Shown: positions 1 to 8,816 of the stretch, piece by piece
How the letters are laid out: each line of letters opens with the position of its first letter
Position numbering within the stretch: the first letter of the stretch is position 1
DNA from: Ferroglobus placidus DSM 10642
GTDB lineage: Archaea; Halobacteriota; Archaeoglobi; Archaeoglobales; Archaeoglobaceae
DNA: 32,000 nt
Direction: 5' to 3'
Assembly: GCF_000025505.1 (NCBI RefSeq)
Contig: NC_013849.1
Span: forward strand, 1,050,001-1,082,000
Translations under genes and position numbers: made by a program
The notes under the pieces: generated by a model
What the model saw: the letters and a program-made list of their open reading frames with translations, nothing else
Told to the model about the DNA's origin: nothing
The model's database searches: none

Positions 1-2
1 AC

Positions 3-287
3 TTGCATATGAGGGTCTACGCTCCAAACCCTCCGGACTACATGAACAACAGCGGGTGGGGCAGATACGTTCTGGCTACAACACATTATGATGAATATCC
101 ATGGGAAGGCTGGAGTGGATACAGCGAACTTGCAGAAAAAGACTTTGCAGATATTGCAGCATCAAAAGGCTACACCGTTGCAAGAGACTGGGCTTATTTT
201 TACAATTACGAACCTTACGACGATACAAGGAATCCAGACCATATTTGGCTCAACAACGGATATGCCACAGCTGTGATGGTTGAATAA
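3..287 (+). CDS. C-terminal part of an uncharacterised protein, probably truncated by window edge
   Basis: Open frame running to TAA at 285-287; no family recognised; true start may lie outside the window. Confidence 0.4.
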   Translation: MHMRVYAPNPPDYMNNSGWGRYVLATTHYDEYPWEGWSGYSELAEKDFADIAASKGYTVARDWAYFYNYEPYDDTRNPDHIWLNNGYATAVMVE

Positions 288-314
288 TACTGTTATGTGA
301 AAAGAGGTGATGTG

Positions 315-1454
315 ATGAGAAGAGCAGTGGCGGTGTTGCTGGTTCTGGTGATGTTAGGGAGTGTGGTGAGTCCAGCTATGGGTGCAACCACAGCAAAGAT
401 GAAACCAATTCCAACTACAGAGAGGATGGAGCTACATAAGAACATAAACATCATAAAAATTGACCCAGCTCTTGAAAATGCAACACCCTACTGGATAATC
501 ATCGCCGCTGGAAGCATGGAAAAAGGAAGAGCTGTAACCTTCAAGTACATAGATAGCAGCACGAGTTTGACGAAAGAAGAGAAAATTGAGCTGAAAAAGT
601 TCGTTAAAGAACTGTGGAAGAAATATCGTGTGAAAACCATTAAAGACGGCAATATAACCTTGATCACTTTGAACTCAAAAGTAGAGATAAACCTTACACA
701 AGAGGAGGAGGCTATGCTGGATAAGGTTGTTCAGGCTGTAAACGAGTACTTCAGAACAAAGTATGGTGGAGTCATAGGAATCCTCTGGAATGTTGATACT
801 CATCAGAGCATAATCTACATCTCATGCAAGAAGTGGGGCGAGAGCGATTACTATTGTGGAGTTGCAAGGGATCATGCCGACGATCCAGACTACTGGACGC
901 AAGTTCCTCCTCCACCTAGGTATCCTAACTGGCTATGGGATTTCATAATGCAGGTCGTTCATTCATGGACGCATTACTACAATCCAGACTGGGGCATAGG
1001 TTCAGCTCCAAGTGAAACTAAATACTACGCAGATACAGCCAAGAACAAATATTCAAGCGGGTACAAGTATTCTGCTTTCCAGAATCTCGGATATGCAAGC
1101 CACTTCATGACAGATGTCGGAAATCCTTTACACACCGGCTTGGAGAGCTGGCAAGCAGTTTTTAAAGACATTCATTACGCTTACGAGGATTACGTTTCCA
1201 GCAATTGGGAGAGCGGTTACAATTTCAAATCTGTAATCGAGAACAACTGGTACTACTATGCAATCAACGATCCGGAACAGGCAACCAAGGATTTAGCCAG
1301 TTATTCTCATCAGTACGACGATACAATATTCTGGACGATTTATTGGAACCCAGACACTTGGCAGAGCAATTCAAATATAAAAGATGCCACAGAAAACAGC
1401 CTGCTTGAAACAGCAAAGTACACCCTTGGCTTAGTAAAATACGTTAGGGGTTGA
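315..1454 (+). CDS. Secreted zinc-dependent phospholipase C / S1-P1-like protein
   Basis: ATG 315 preceded by GAGGTGAT; signal peptide [24 protein letters not shown]; His-rich motifs [12 protein letters not shown] and [18 protein letters not shown] typical of Zn-dependent phospholipase C-like folds. Track start at GTG 297 is an alternative. Confidence 0.6.
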   Translation: MRRAVAVLLVLVMLGSVVSPAMGATTAKMKPIPTTERMELHKNINIIKIDPALENATPYWIIIAAGSMEKGRAVTFKYIDSSTSLTKEEKIELKKFVKELWKKYRVKTIKDGNITLITLNSKVEINLTQEEEAMLDKVVQAVNEYFRTKYGGVIGILWNVDTHQSIIYISCKKWGESDYYCGVARDHADDPDYWTQVPPPPRYPNWLWDFIMQVVHSWTHYYNPDWGIGSAPSETKYYADTAKNKYSSGYKYSAFQNLGYASHFMTDVGNPLHTGLESWQAVFKDIHYAYEDYVSSNWESGYNFKSVIENNWYYYAINDPEQATKDLASYSHQYDDTIFWTIYWNPDTWQSNSNIKDATENSLLETAKYTLGLVKYVRG

Positions 1455-1455
1455 A

Positions 1456-1809
1456 ATGAGAGCCGAAGATGTACTTTTTATTTTATTTGTTTTTTTAATA
1501 CCGGCAATGATAGCAAGTTACGTCTTCATAAAGATGACCAAGGTCAAAAAAGTTTACTTCCCTGTTTTGCTCATTATTGGCTTTGTAATCACTTTTGTTG
1601 AAGGCTTCATCCTGTTCCTCGTAAATTTCGGAGCTATCCATACAGGTGGTTTTGCTATCCAGCCCGTGCCAGATATAATTATGCAAAATCCAAATCCACT
1701 AATACGTTTCTATGGAACGTTAACCCTTCTGTGTTTTCTGAATGCATCAGTACTGACTGTATTGTATGTAATGGTTGCGAAAATTGGGATTATAAAAGGT
1801 GAGAGGTGA
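1456..1809 (+). CDS. Small integral membrane protein, function unknown
   Basis: 117 aa with several hydrophobic helices; immediately downstream of previous CDS. Confidence 0.5.
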   Translation: MRAEDVLFILFVFLIPAMIASYVFIKMTKVKKVYFPVLLIIGFVITFVEGFILFLVNFGAIHTGGFAIQPVPDIIMQNPNPLIRFYGTLTLLCFLNASVLTVLYVMVAKIGIIKGER

Positions 1810-1813
1810 TGCT

Positions 1814-3589
1814 GTGAGAAGAGCCATGGCGGTGTTGCTGATTTTAGTGATGCTGGGAAGTGTAGTGACTCCAGTGATGGCTGTAAAAACGTTAGAACCT
1901 CCCGTACATCCACCAAAATTCAAAGTAAAGATACCAGAGCCTTCACAACCTCTAAATGAATCCGAACTTTCGCACATAGTGATCCCCCTTCATTGGCTTT
2001 TGAAGAACGACCAAGATGAACGACCAGAGTGGTTAAGATAACTTTTCCAGAGAGTTGGTTAAAGAGACCGCCGGAAGTGGGCAAAGGAATTCCGATAGCC
2101 TTATTAAGGATGCCGAAAGACCTTCTAAAAAGCTGGGATCTATCCGATGACTCAAATGTAATCACGATCGAGCTGCCAGTAGATGAATTCGAATTTTATT
2201 CAGACGTTTCGAGTATGGAGAGGACAAGCTTGCAGAACGAAATACAACCATCTGCAATTTATTCTGGCACTCAAACGAAATCTTATTCTAACACAAACCA
2301 AGAACGAGTCTTTTATGCTTGCGAACCATTCTCAGAAAATCCGACCCATGTAATCACAAGTGCTTTAGGGTTAATCGATCCTTCCTACTACTCCAATAGT
2401 GGACAGGACATTACGATATATCACGAGTCTGAACTTTATTTTGACAGTCAAGGGGACGTAATCGAACTAATCTCTGCCTTTTATCCAGATAACACTGTGA
2501 AGGTATGGGCATCATACTTCGACGGACCTGATAGTAGAAACCTTGCAAGCATAGACGTAACAGGGACACTCCAACCAGTAAAATATTATGTTACAATAGA
2601 AAATGGAGAATACCGAGTTTATCTGAAAGACACAAACAGCGGTCAGTGGTAAAGAGGAGTATACAACGATACTGACGATCCGGGAGCTAGAATTACTTGG
2701 TTTGTTGCTTCTAAAACACTATTACAAAAACTTTCAGTGCTGGAACCTACCCAATTTCCACCGAATACGTCAACGACAAAATTCACTCCTCCAGCAGCCG
2801 TTTTGACGCCGATACCTCTCGGAATAATCATCAGAGACTTCCTCAGATTCTACAACGAGAGAAACGCGACGATGATTTACATGATGTTTTCTGATGGGAT
2901 TAGAAAAGAGTATTCAGTCGAAGATGCCGAACGAGGACTTGCTCGGCAAAACTTGGTCGTTCGAAGCCAATAAAACCATGTATCTGGAAGTTAATCTGAC
3001 CGTATCTTACGATAATACTCTTAAGAACTTAACAATCAAATTTCCCCTCCTCTACGTTAAGTACAGCATAAAAGAGGAGAAGTACACACATATATCGGTT
3101 TTCACTATTACATCGACGGCTGGATCTTCGATGAGTTGAGGAAAGCGGTGGTGGCAGGAAATGCTTGGAGAAAATCAAATGATTAGAGGCAATTTTAATT
3201 GGATTTTTTTCTCCTCCATGACCCTATCCTTTGTTAACCTGCCCACTGAATACACTTACCGTATAGTTTACGAGGTTGAAGAAGATTTGCCAAAAAATGT
3301 CACGTTAATCATTCCAATCCCATACGTCGAAGGAGAGGTCGCGAGAATCAAGGCATCGAAAGTTAACTATGTGGAAACTGAATACGGAAAGATGGTGAAA
3401 GTTAACATCACTGTAAAAGAAGAATGACAGAGAAAAGATATGTATGGTGTTGTCGATTACATCAATTCTGACAAAACAATCGACATAGTAAATGTCAACA
3501 TCACTCTATCTCCACTACTTGAAAGAGAACTTGTTTCAAAAACCGAAAATGAAAAAGGCGTCTCAGAAAAATACAGAATAAAAGTCTAG
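1814..3589 (+). pseudogene. Decayed secreted/surface protein gene (signal peptide plus multiple frameshifts and in-frame stops)
   Basis: Leader at 1799/1814-2041, frame change near 2035-2041, ORF 2029-2652 ending in TAA 2650-2652 but the same frame stays open to 2973, then the other frame with TGA 3137-3139, TGA 3425-3427 and TAG 3587-3589. Confidence 0.6.
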
Positions 3590-3966
3590 GTTTATGCAGA
3601 ATTAGAGGGCAATTCAATGATACTTTGTGCAATTTGATGTTAACTCAGGCTTTCACGCTCTGCCTTTCTTCTTCATTCCAATTCTTTGGGAGCCGAGACA
3701 CGGCTGGAAAGCCTACGCTGAGCACAAAATAATAGAGTTCAAAATAACATCCAAGGGATTGGCAGGTTGTGGAAGGCGAGGAGAGTGTTAGGATAATCTA
3801 CCAGAAAATGTGGTAACGTGCGACCTTGCAACGTAACGGACTGCACGCCTTGAATCAAGGAACAGTATTCCTTGTTCCTACTGCAAAGCCGAGTTCAATA
3901 GAATTTCTACAACGAATTTGAGTAAAGATAAAAATTATTTATGCCGTTAGTGACATACATGCATGC

Positions 3967-4188
3967 ATGACTAAGACGATAAGTATATCCGACGACGTTT
4001 ACGAGCTTCTCGTGAAGATAAAGGGAAAGAGAAGTTTTTCGGAGGTTATCAGAGATCTGATAAAGAAGGAAGGTAATTTCGACTTGCTTTTGATCGCTTT
4101 CGGAACGAGAAACGATGAAGAGGTCGAAGAGTTGAAGAGGGAAATAGGGGAGGCTGAGAAATGGATGCAATCCTTGATGCGAGCGTGA
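3967..4188 (+). CDS. VapB-type antitoxin
   Basis: 73 aa, [36 protein letters not shown]...: typical archaeal short VapB-like antitoxin N-terminus; overlaps the downstream VapC-like ORF. Confidence 0.7.
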   Translation: MTKTISISDDVYELLVKIKGKRSFSEVIRDLIKKEGNFDLLLIAFGTRNDEEVEELKREIGEAEKWMQSLMRA

Positions 4189-4349
4189 TAATAGAAATTT
4201 TCAGAGAGCTTAAAAGCGATGGAAAAGTTCCTAAAGTCAAAGATTTGCTTATTTCTGTTTCAGCTATAGCACACGATTTGCGATTAATAACTGTTGACAG
4301 AGATTTCGAACTTTTTAGGAAATTCGGACTAAAAGTTCAATACATTTGA
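4161..4349 (+). pseudogene. Internally truncated VapC-type PIN-domain toxin
   Basis: 62 aa: N-terminal [14 protein letters not shown] and C-terminal KDLLISVSAIAHDLRLITVDRDFELFRKFG PIN motifs present, but the middle of the ~130 aa domain is missing. Confidence 0.65.
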
Positions 4350-4429
4350 TTTAATTGCTCCAGCTCCTATGTTTATTTGTCTGGGAATATTTTTCATTAC
4401 CTCAATCAACACTTCTCAAGCTTGACTCA

Positions 4430-4786
4430 TGTGTGGTTTCGCGTAACTGTGATGGTAAACGAACTCATTCTATGCTCTCTTCGACCATTCGAAGTCGTGG
4501 ACATCGTATGTTAGTAGTAGCTTTTCCAATTTACGACCGTTGCTCCTATGAAGTAGTCTCTGATTTTGCTTTTGTTTCTTCAAAGCTTCGAAGCCAACTC
4601 CGCACATTCTTTTGTGAGCAGAACAATTTCGATTTCAAAATTTCCGCCGTATATCTCAAATCCTCAAAGAATTTCGAAGTGAACTATGCACGAGGTTTTG
4701 AAGTTCCAACCTCTTCTCCAATTTTTACAAGACTCTCGATAGCTCTTTCGTAATGAAGACGTTAGAATCTATAAAAACACAGACAT
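4430..4786 (-). pseudogene. Remnant of a PIN-domain (VapC-like) gene
   Basis: Minus-strand pieces in different frames: VCVFIDSNVFITKE, ERAIESLVKIGEEVGTSKP, RDYFIGATVV, LLLTYDVHDFEW; interrupted by stops/frameshifts. Confidence 0.5.
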
Positions 4787-4886
4787 GGAAGCTTTCACCT
4801 ATCGCTTTTTTAATGTCCCTTAGTTTATCCTCGCTAATTCTCAAAAAGTGTGTGACAATAAACCAAGCTGTGCCTTAGAATCGGGC

Positions 4887-5903
4887 TTAAATATCTCTAT
4901 CCTCCCCAAGCTTCGGCACTTTTCCGCTCCTTTTAGGCTCGAAATTGCTGAAAGTTGCCGGAAATCCAACGACCCGGTATTTCTTGTCGTACTCCGCCTC
5001 GCAGAAGATTTCGCTCTCTTTAGGGAAATTCCTCACAGCAGAAAAAGGGACGTTCTCGAGAATTCCCTCAAGCTCCTCAACGCTTTTGTCCTTTAAAACT
5101 TCAGAAATCCTCTTTCTTATCTCATCGGCTCTCTTTATCCTCTCTTCGAAAGATAAATCTCCATACTCTAACCCGAGCTTCTCACAGAACTCCTTCCAGA
5201 AGTGTTTTTCATCCAAAATTCCGACGGAAACGTATCCGTTTTTAGCCTCGTATACGTCGTAGCCGGGATTCGAAACGAAGTCTTCAGCCACATCCATTCC
5301 GTTGAGCAATCTTGCCGAGTGTAGCGGAACCGAAGCTAAAGCCGCATCGAGCATGCTCAAGTTTATGTAGCAACCTTCTCCCGTTTTGATCTTTCTTACG
5401 TAGGCGGCTAAAATTGATATCGCGGCAAAAACAGCCGAAGCAAAGTCCGAAAGCTGCACGTTCGGATCTATTGGTTTTCCGAATTTTTTACCGGCTATCA
5501 GGCAAATTCCAGCCAAGCTCAAAACGTTGATGTCGTGGACTGGCTTGTTCACACCTCTCAAACCGGGAATCGAGCAGTAAATTATCCCCGGATTTACTTT
5601 CTTTACGCTCTCGTAATCAACTCCAAGCTTTTTAGCAACTCCCGGGCGAAAGCCTTCCACAACAACGTCGCTCTTCCCGACGATTTCGTAGAACTTGCTC
5701 AGATCCTTCTCATCTTTCAAATTCAATACCAAACTCTTTTTATTTCTGTTTAAAGCTGCAAAAATCTCGCTTCTGTACCTCATCGGATCTCCGCTCGGAG
5801 GTTCTATTTTGATACCCTCAGCCCCAAGCTCTGCCAGAATTTGCGTGCAGTAGGGGGCTGGATAAAAGTAAGCCAACTCGACAACCCTCATTCCCTCAAG
5901 CAT
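4887..5903 (-). CDS. CaiB/BaiF family (type III) CoA-transferase
   Basis: MLEGMRVVELAYFYPAPYCTQILAELGAEGIKIEPPSGDPMR and NRNKKSLVLNLKDEKD...VVVEGFRPGVAKKLGVDYESVKKVNPGIIYCSIPG family motifs. Confidence 0.85.
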   Translation of the reverse strand: MLEGMRVVELAYFYPAPYCTQILAELGAEGIKIEPPSGDPMRYRSEIFAALNRNKKSLVLNLKDEKDLSKFYEIVGKSDVVVEGFRPGVAKKLGVDYESVKKVNPGIIYCSIPGLRGVNKPVHDINVLSLAGICLIAGKKFGKPIDPNVQLSDFASAVFAAISILAAYVRKIKTGEGCYINLSMLDAALASVPLHSARLLNGMDVAEDFVSNPGYDVYEAKNGYVSVGILDEKHFWKEFCEKLGLEYGDLSFEERIKRADEIRKRISEVLKDKSVEELEGILENVPFSAVRNFPKESEIFCEAEYDKKYRVVGFPATFSNFEPKRSGKVPKLGEDRDI

Positions 5904-5924
5904 AGAAGAAGATTGGGTAGAGGA

Positions 5925-6461
5925 TTAAAAATTCTGCGAAATTTCCCTCAAAAATTCTTCAGAAGTTTTAGCCTTCAAGCCAATCAGCTTGTATTTTTCC
6001 ACGACGAACTCGTGCAGCTCTCTTTTATTTGAAGCGCAGCAGTCCTTCAGGATTACCGCTTCGAAGTTGTTGCTTATCGCATCCAAAGCTGTGGCTAAAA
6101 CGCAGACGTGAGTGTTAACTCCGGCTATTGCAACTTTCTCAACGCCATACTCCCGCAAAATCAAATCCAAGTCCGTTCTAAAAAAAGCGCTGAACCTCTT
6201 TTTCTCCAAAACTACGTCTCCCTTCTCGGGCTTAAGTTCGTCTATTACCTCAACCTCCCTAGTGCCTCTCAAAGCGTGCTTTTTCATGAATTTGAAGAGC
6301 CAGTCTTTCTCGGTGTAGCTATCGTTAGCGTAAACGACGAGATTGCCGCTTTCTCTAACTTTTTCAGCAACTCTTTTAATATTTGGAATTATCGCAAGCT
6401 GGTCTTCGTTAAAAAAAGGAAGATTTCCTTTAATCATGTCGACTATTATCAACGCGATCAT
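5925..6461 (-). CDS. Isochorismatase-family cysteine hydrolase (nicotinamidase-like)
   Basis: IALIIVDMIKG, VEKVAIAGVNTHVCVLATALDA motifs. Confidence 0.8.
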   Translation of the reverse strand: MIALIIVDMIKGNLPFFNEDQLAIIPNIKRVAEKVRESGNLVVYANDSYTEKDWLFKFMKKHALRGTREVEVIDELKPEKGDVVLEKKRFSAFFRTDLDLILREYGVEKVAIAGVNTHVCVLATALDAISNNFEAVILKDCCASNKRELHEFVVEKYKLIGLKAKTSEEFLREISQNF

Positions 6462-7756
6462 TACACCTTCCTCTTGTCGATTACTCTCTTCGCTTTTCCT
6501 TCGAATCTTGGCAGGGTTTCTGGCTCCACTATCTCAACTTTCGGCGTGACGTTGAGGTAGCTTTTCAGAGTTTCGGTCACTTTTTTCCGCACATCTTCGT
6601 AGCTAACCTTGTCCTTGTACTCGGGATTTATTTCCACGAGAACTGTCATAACGTCCAATCCCGCTTCGTCTCTATCGAGAACTATCTGGTAGTGTTCGCT
6701 CACTTCCTTCACTTGCATTAGCGCATACTCAACTTGGCTCGGGAAGACGTTAACTCCCCTCACTATGAACATGTCGTCCGCCCTTCCGACAATCCTCTCA
6801 ATTCTCGGATGCCATCTCCCACAATTGCACTTCTCCTCAATTATAGCTGTGATGTCTCCAGTTCTCCACCTTATCATCGGTAAAGCCTCTTTCCCTAAAA
6901 CGGTAACTACGAGCTCTCCTTTCTCTCCTTCTCCAAGCCTCTCTCCAGTTTCCGGATCTATCACTTCTATTATGAATATGTCGCTCCAGAAGTGAATTCC
7001 CGCCTTTTCGTGGCATTCCGTCACAACAGGTCCACTTATTTCAGATGTGCCGTAGACGTTAATCGCATCTATTCCGGTTTTCTCTTCAATCCTCTTTCTC
7101 GTTTCTTCACTCCAAGGCTCAGCTCCGAAGAAACCCATCCTCAGCTTCGTGTCGTCTCTCAAGCTTACGCCCATTTTCTCAGCGTACTCCGCCAGATAAA
7201 CCATGTAGCTCGGAGTACAGCAGATTACGGTGGTGCCGAGATCCCTCATAAGCTCTATCTGCCTCTGGGTGTTTCCCGAAGATGCTGGAATCACCGTCGC
7301 CCCAATTTTCTCCGCTGCGTAGTGGAAACCAAGTCCACCGGTGAACAATCCGTACCCGTAGGCGTTCTGAATAACATCTTCCCTCCTAACTCCAGCCGAG
7401 TAAAGACCTCTCGCCAAGCTTTCAGTCCACAGCTCCAAGTCAGAGTAAGTGTAGCCAGTTACAGTGGGTTTTCCGGTTGTGCCGCTCGAAGCGTGTATTC
7501 TAACCACATCTTTCAAGGGGACTGCAAACATGCCGTAGGGGTAGTTGTCCCTCAAATCCTGCTTCTTAACGAAAGGCAGCTTTTCCAAGTCCTCCAAACT
7601 CTTTATGTCCTCCGGTTTCACTCCAGCTTTGTCGTACAGTTTTCGATAAAATTCGGAGTAGCGGTAGGCGAACTCTACAGTCTGCCTCAGCTTCCTCTCC
7701 TGCAGCTCGTTCAGCTCACTTTTACTCATTTTTTCGACAACGGGATTCCAGTACAA
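6461..7756 (-). CDS. paaK: Phenylacetate-CoA ligase-type AMP-forming enzyme
   Basis: 431 aa; [18 protein letters not shown], [27 protein letters not shown] region, [39 protein letters not shown]. Substrate not determinable; TTG start at 7756. Confidence 0.8.
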   Translation of the reverse strand: MYWNPVVEKMSKSELNELQERKLRQTVEFAYRYSEFYRKLYDKAGVKPEDIKSLEDLEKLPFVKKQDLRDNYPYGMFAVPLKDVVRIHASSGTTGKPTVTGYTYSDLELWTESLARGLYSAGVRREDVIQNAYGYGLFTGGLGFHYAAEKIGATVIPASSGNTQRQIELMRDLGTTVICCTPSYMVYLAEYAEKMGVSLRDDTKLRMGFFGAEPWSEETRKRIEEKTGIDAINVYGTSEISGPVVTECHEKAGIHFWSDIFIIEVIDPETGERLGEGEKGELVVTVLGKEALPMIRWRTGDITAIIEEKCNCGRWHPRIERIVGRADDMFIVRGVNVFPSQVEYALMQVKEVSEHYQIVLDRDEAGLDVMTVLVEINPEYKDKVSYEDVRKKVTETLKSYLNVTPKVEIVEPETLPRFEGKAKRVIDKRKV

Positions 7757-7786
7757 CTTTCCACCCCCAATTATTTATCGTTAGAA

Positions 7787-7797
7787 TTACATTGTAA
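7787..7797. promoter_or_regulatory. Putative operator TTACATTGTAA upstream of the CoA ligase unit, next to TATA-like TATAAATAA (about 7802-7810)
   Basis: 11-bp near-palindrome identical to that at 13380-13390, at similar spacing from an AT-rich TATA-like element. Confidence 0.5.
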
Positions 7798-7862
7798 GAT
7801 CTATAAATAACTTACTGTGTATGTTGTAAAATATCTGACCGTTTAGGTTAAATGCTGTAAAC

Positions 7863-8816
7863 TCACTTGAGGATTTTGAAGAGACCCCACCTGAACACCA
7901 CATTATCCGGCAGATTCCTCAGCCTCTCTCTTGCCATTAAAACTTTTTCCTCCAAAGTACCTTCTTTCGGAAAAAGTCCGTTTGCCATCGCTGGGATGGA
8001 GTAAAAGTCCATGACCGCTTCCTTCGTAAATACGTAATCTGCGTAGCTTATCTCAGCGTTAAGCTCCAATAGAAGTTTTTCCAGTTTGTCTTTTCCGTAA
8101 GGAACTCTGTGCTTCAAACCGAGTTTGGCTAAAGCATCCTCTCCATAACTGAAAAATCCGACGAGGTACGAGCCGGAAACAACTCCTTCTTTCTTCGTGA
8201 CTCTCAAAGCTTCATCTAAAGCTTTTTCAGCGTCGGGCAGAAGGAATATCGTTGCGTTGAAGACTGTTGAGTCGAAGCTTTCGCTTTTAAATGGAAGGTT
8301 TGCCGCATCTCCCACAACGACGTCTCTAATTATTTCCCTCGCCTTTTTCACCATGCTCTTAGCCACATCCAGTCCAACCACATCTCTCCAAATTTTTCCG
8401 AAAACTCCGGTTCCGCATCCAACGTCCAAGCACCTACCTTTAATTTTAGAGAACTCTGCAAGGTCTTTAGCAAGTTTCTCAAAAAATCCGTACTTCCTCT
8501 CGAAATCGTCGTAATTCGAAACGCTCAAATCGAAATTCTTTCCTATGACCGCTTTAACATTCCCGCCAGCTATAGAAGGGAGAAAAATTACTTCGTCTCT
8601 GTCGGAAAATTTCAGATTCTTTATCTCGTCTCTTTTAACCATTTTTCCGTTAACGGAAACCATGTAAAAGTCTATAGCTTTGAACTCCTCCTTAGCTTGA
8701 GGAAACTTCTCCTCAAGAATTTTTATTAGTTCGTCGAAAGCAACTTCTCTTCCAACTTCTATCTCAATTTCTTTTCCTACTTTCATTCCCAGCTCGCCGA
8801 AAAATTTGATCCTCAT
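7863..8816 (-). CDS. Fusion protein: MoaD/ThiS-like ubiquitin-fold domain plus SAM-dependent methyltransferase
   Basis: N-terminal MRIKFFGELGMKVGKE...NGKMVKRDEIKNLKFSDRDEVIFLPSIAGG (MoaD-like ending in GG) followed by GRCLDVGCGTGVFGKIW...VVGLDVAKSMVKKAR (methyltransferase motif I). ATG 8816 overlaps the upstream gene's stop (ATGA). Confidence 0.75.
   Translation of the reverse strand: MRIKFFGELGMKVGKEIEIEVGREVAFDELIKILEEKFPQAKEEFKAIDFYMVSVNGKMVKRDEIKNLKFSDRDEVIFLPSIAGGNVKAVIGKNFDLSVSNYDDFERKYGFFEKLAKDLAEFSKIKGRCLDVGCGTGVFGKIWRDVVGLDVAKSMVKKAREIIRDVVVGDAANLPFKSESFDSTVFNATIFLLPDAEKALDEALRVTKKEGVVSGSYLVGFFSYGEDALAKLGLKHRVPYGKDKLEKLLLELNAEISYADYVFTKEAVMDFYSIPAMANGLFPKEGTLEEKVLMARERLRNLPDNVVFRWGLFKILK

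Noticed and set aside
3951-3970. ATGCATGCATG run before vapB as a regulatory repeat
   Set aside because: Only a short dinucleotide-like coincidence giving ATGs in three frames; nothing else supports a function.
4355-4753. 132-aa + strand ORF in the intergenic accessory region
   Set aside because: Its opposite strand carries ordered PIN-domain fragments, so the + frame is more likely incidental.
6992-7810. 272-aa + strand ORF
   Set aside because: Entirely antisense to the well-supported CoA ligase gene, with low-complexity/unfamiliar composition; antisense shadow.
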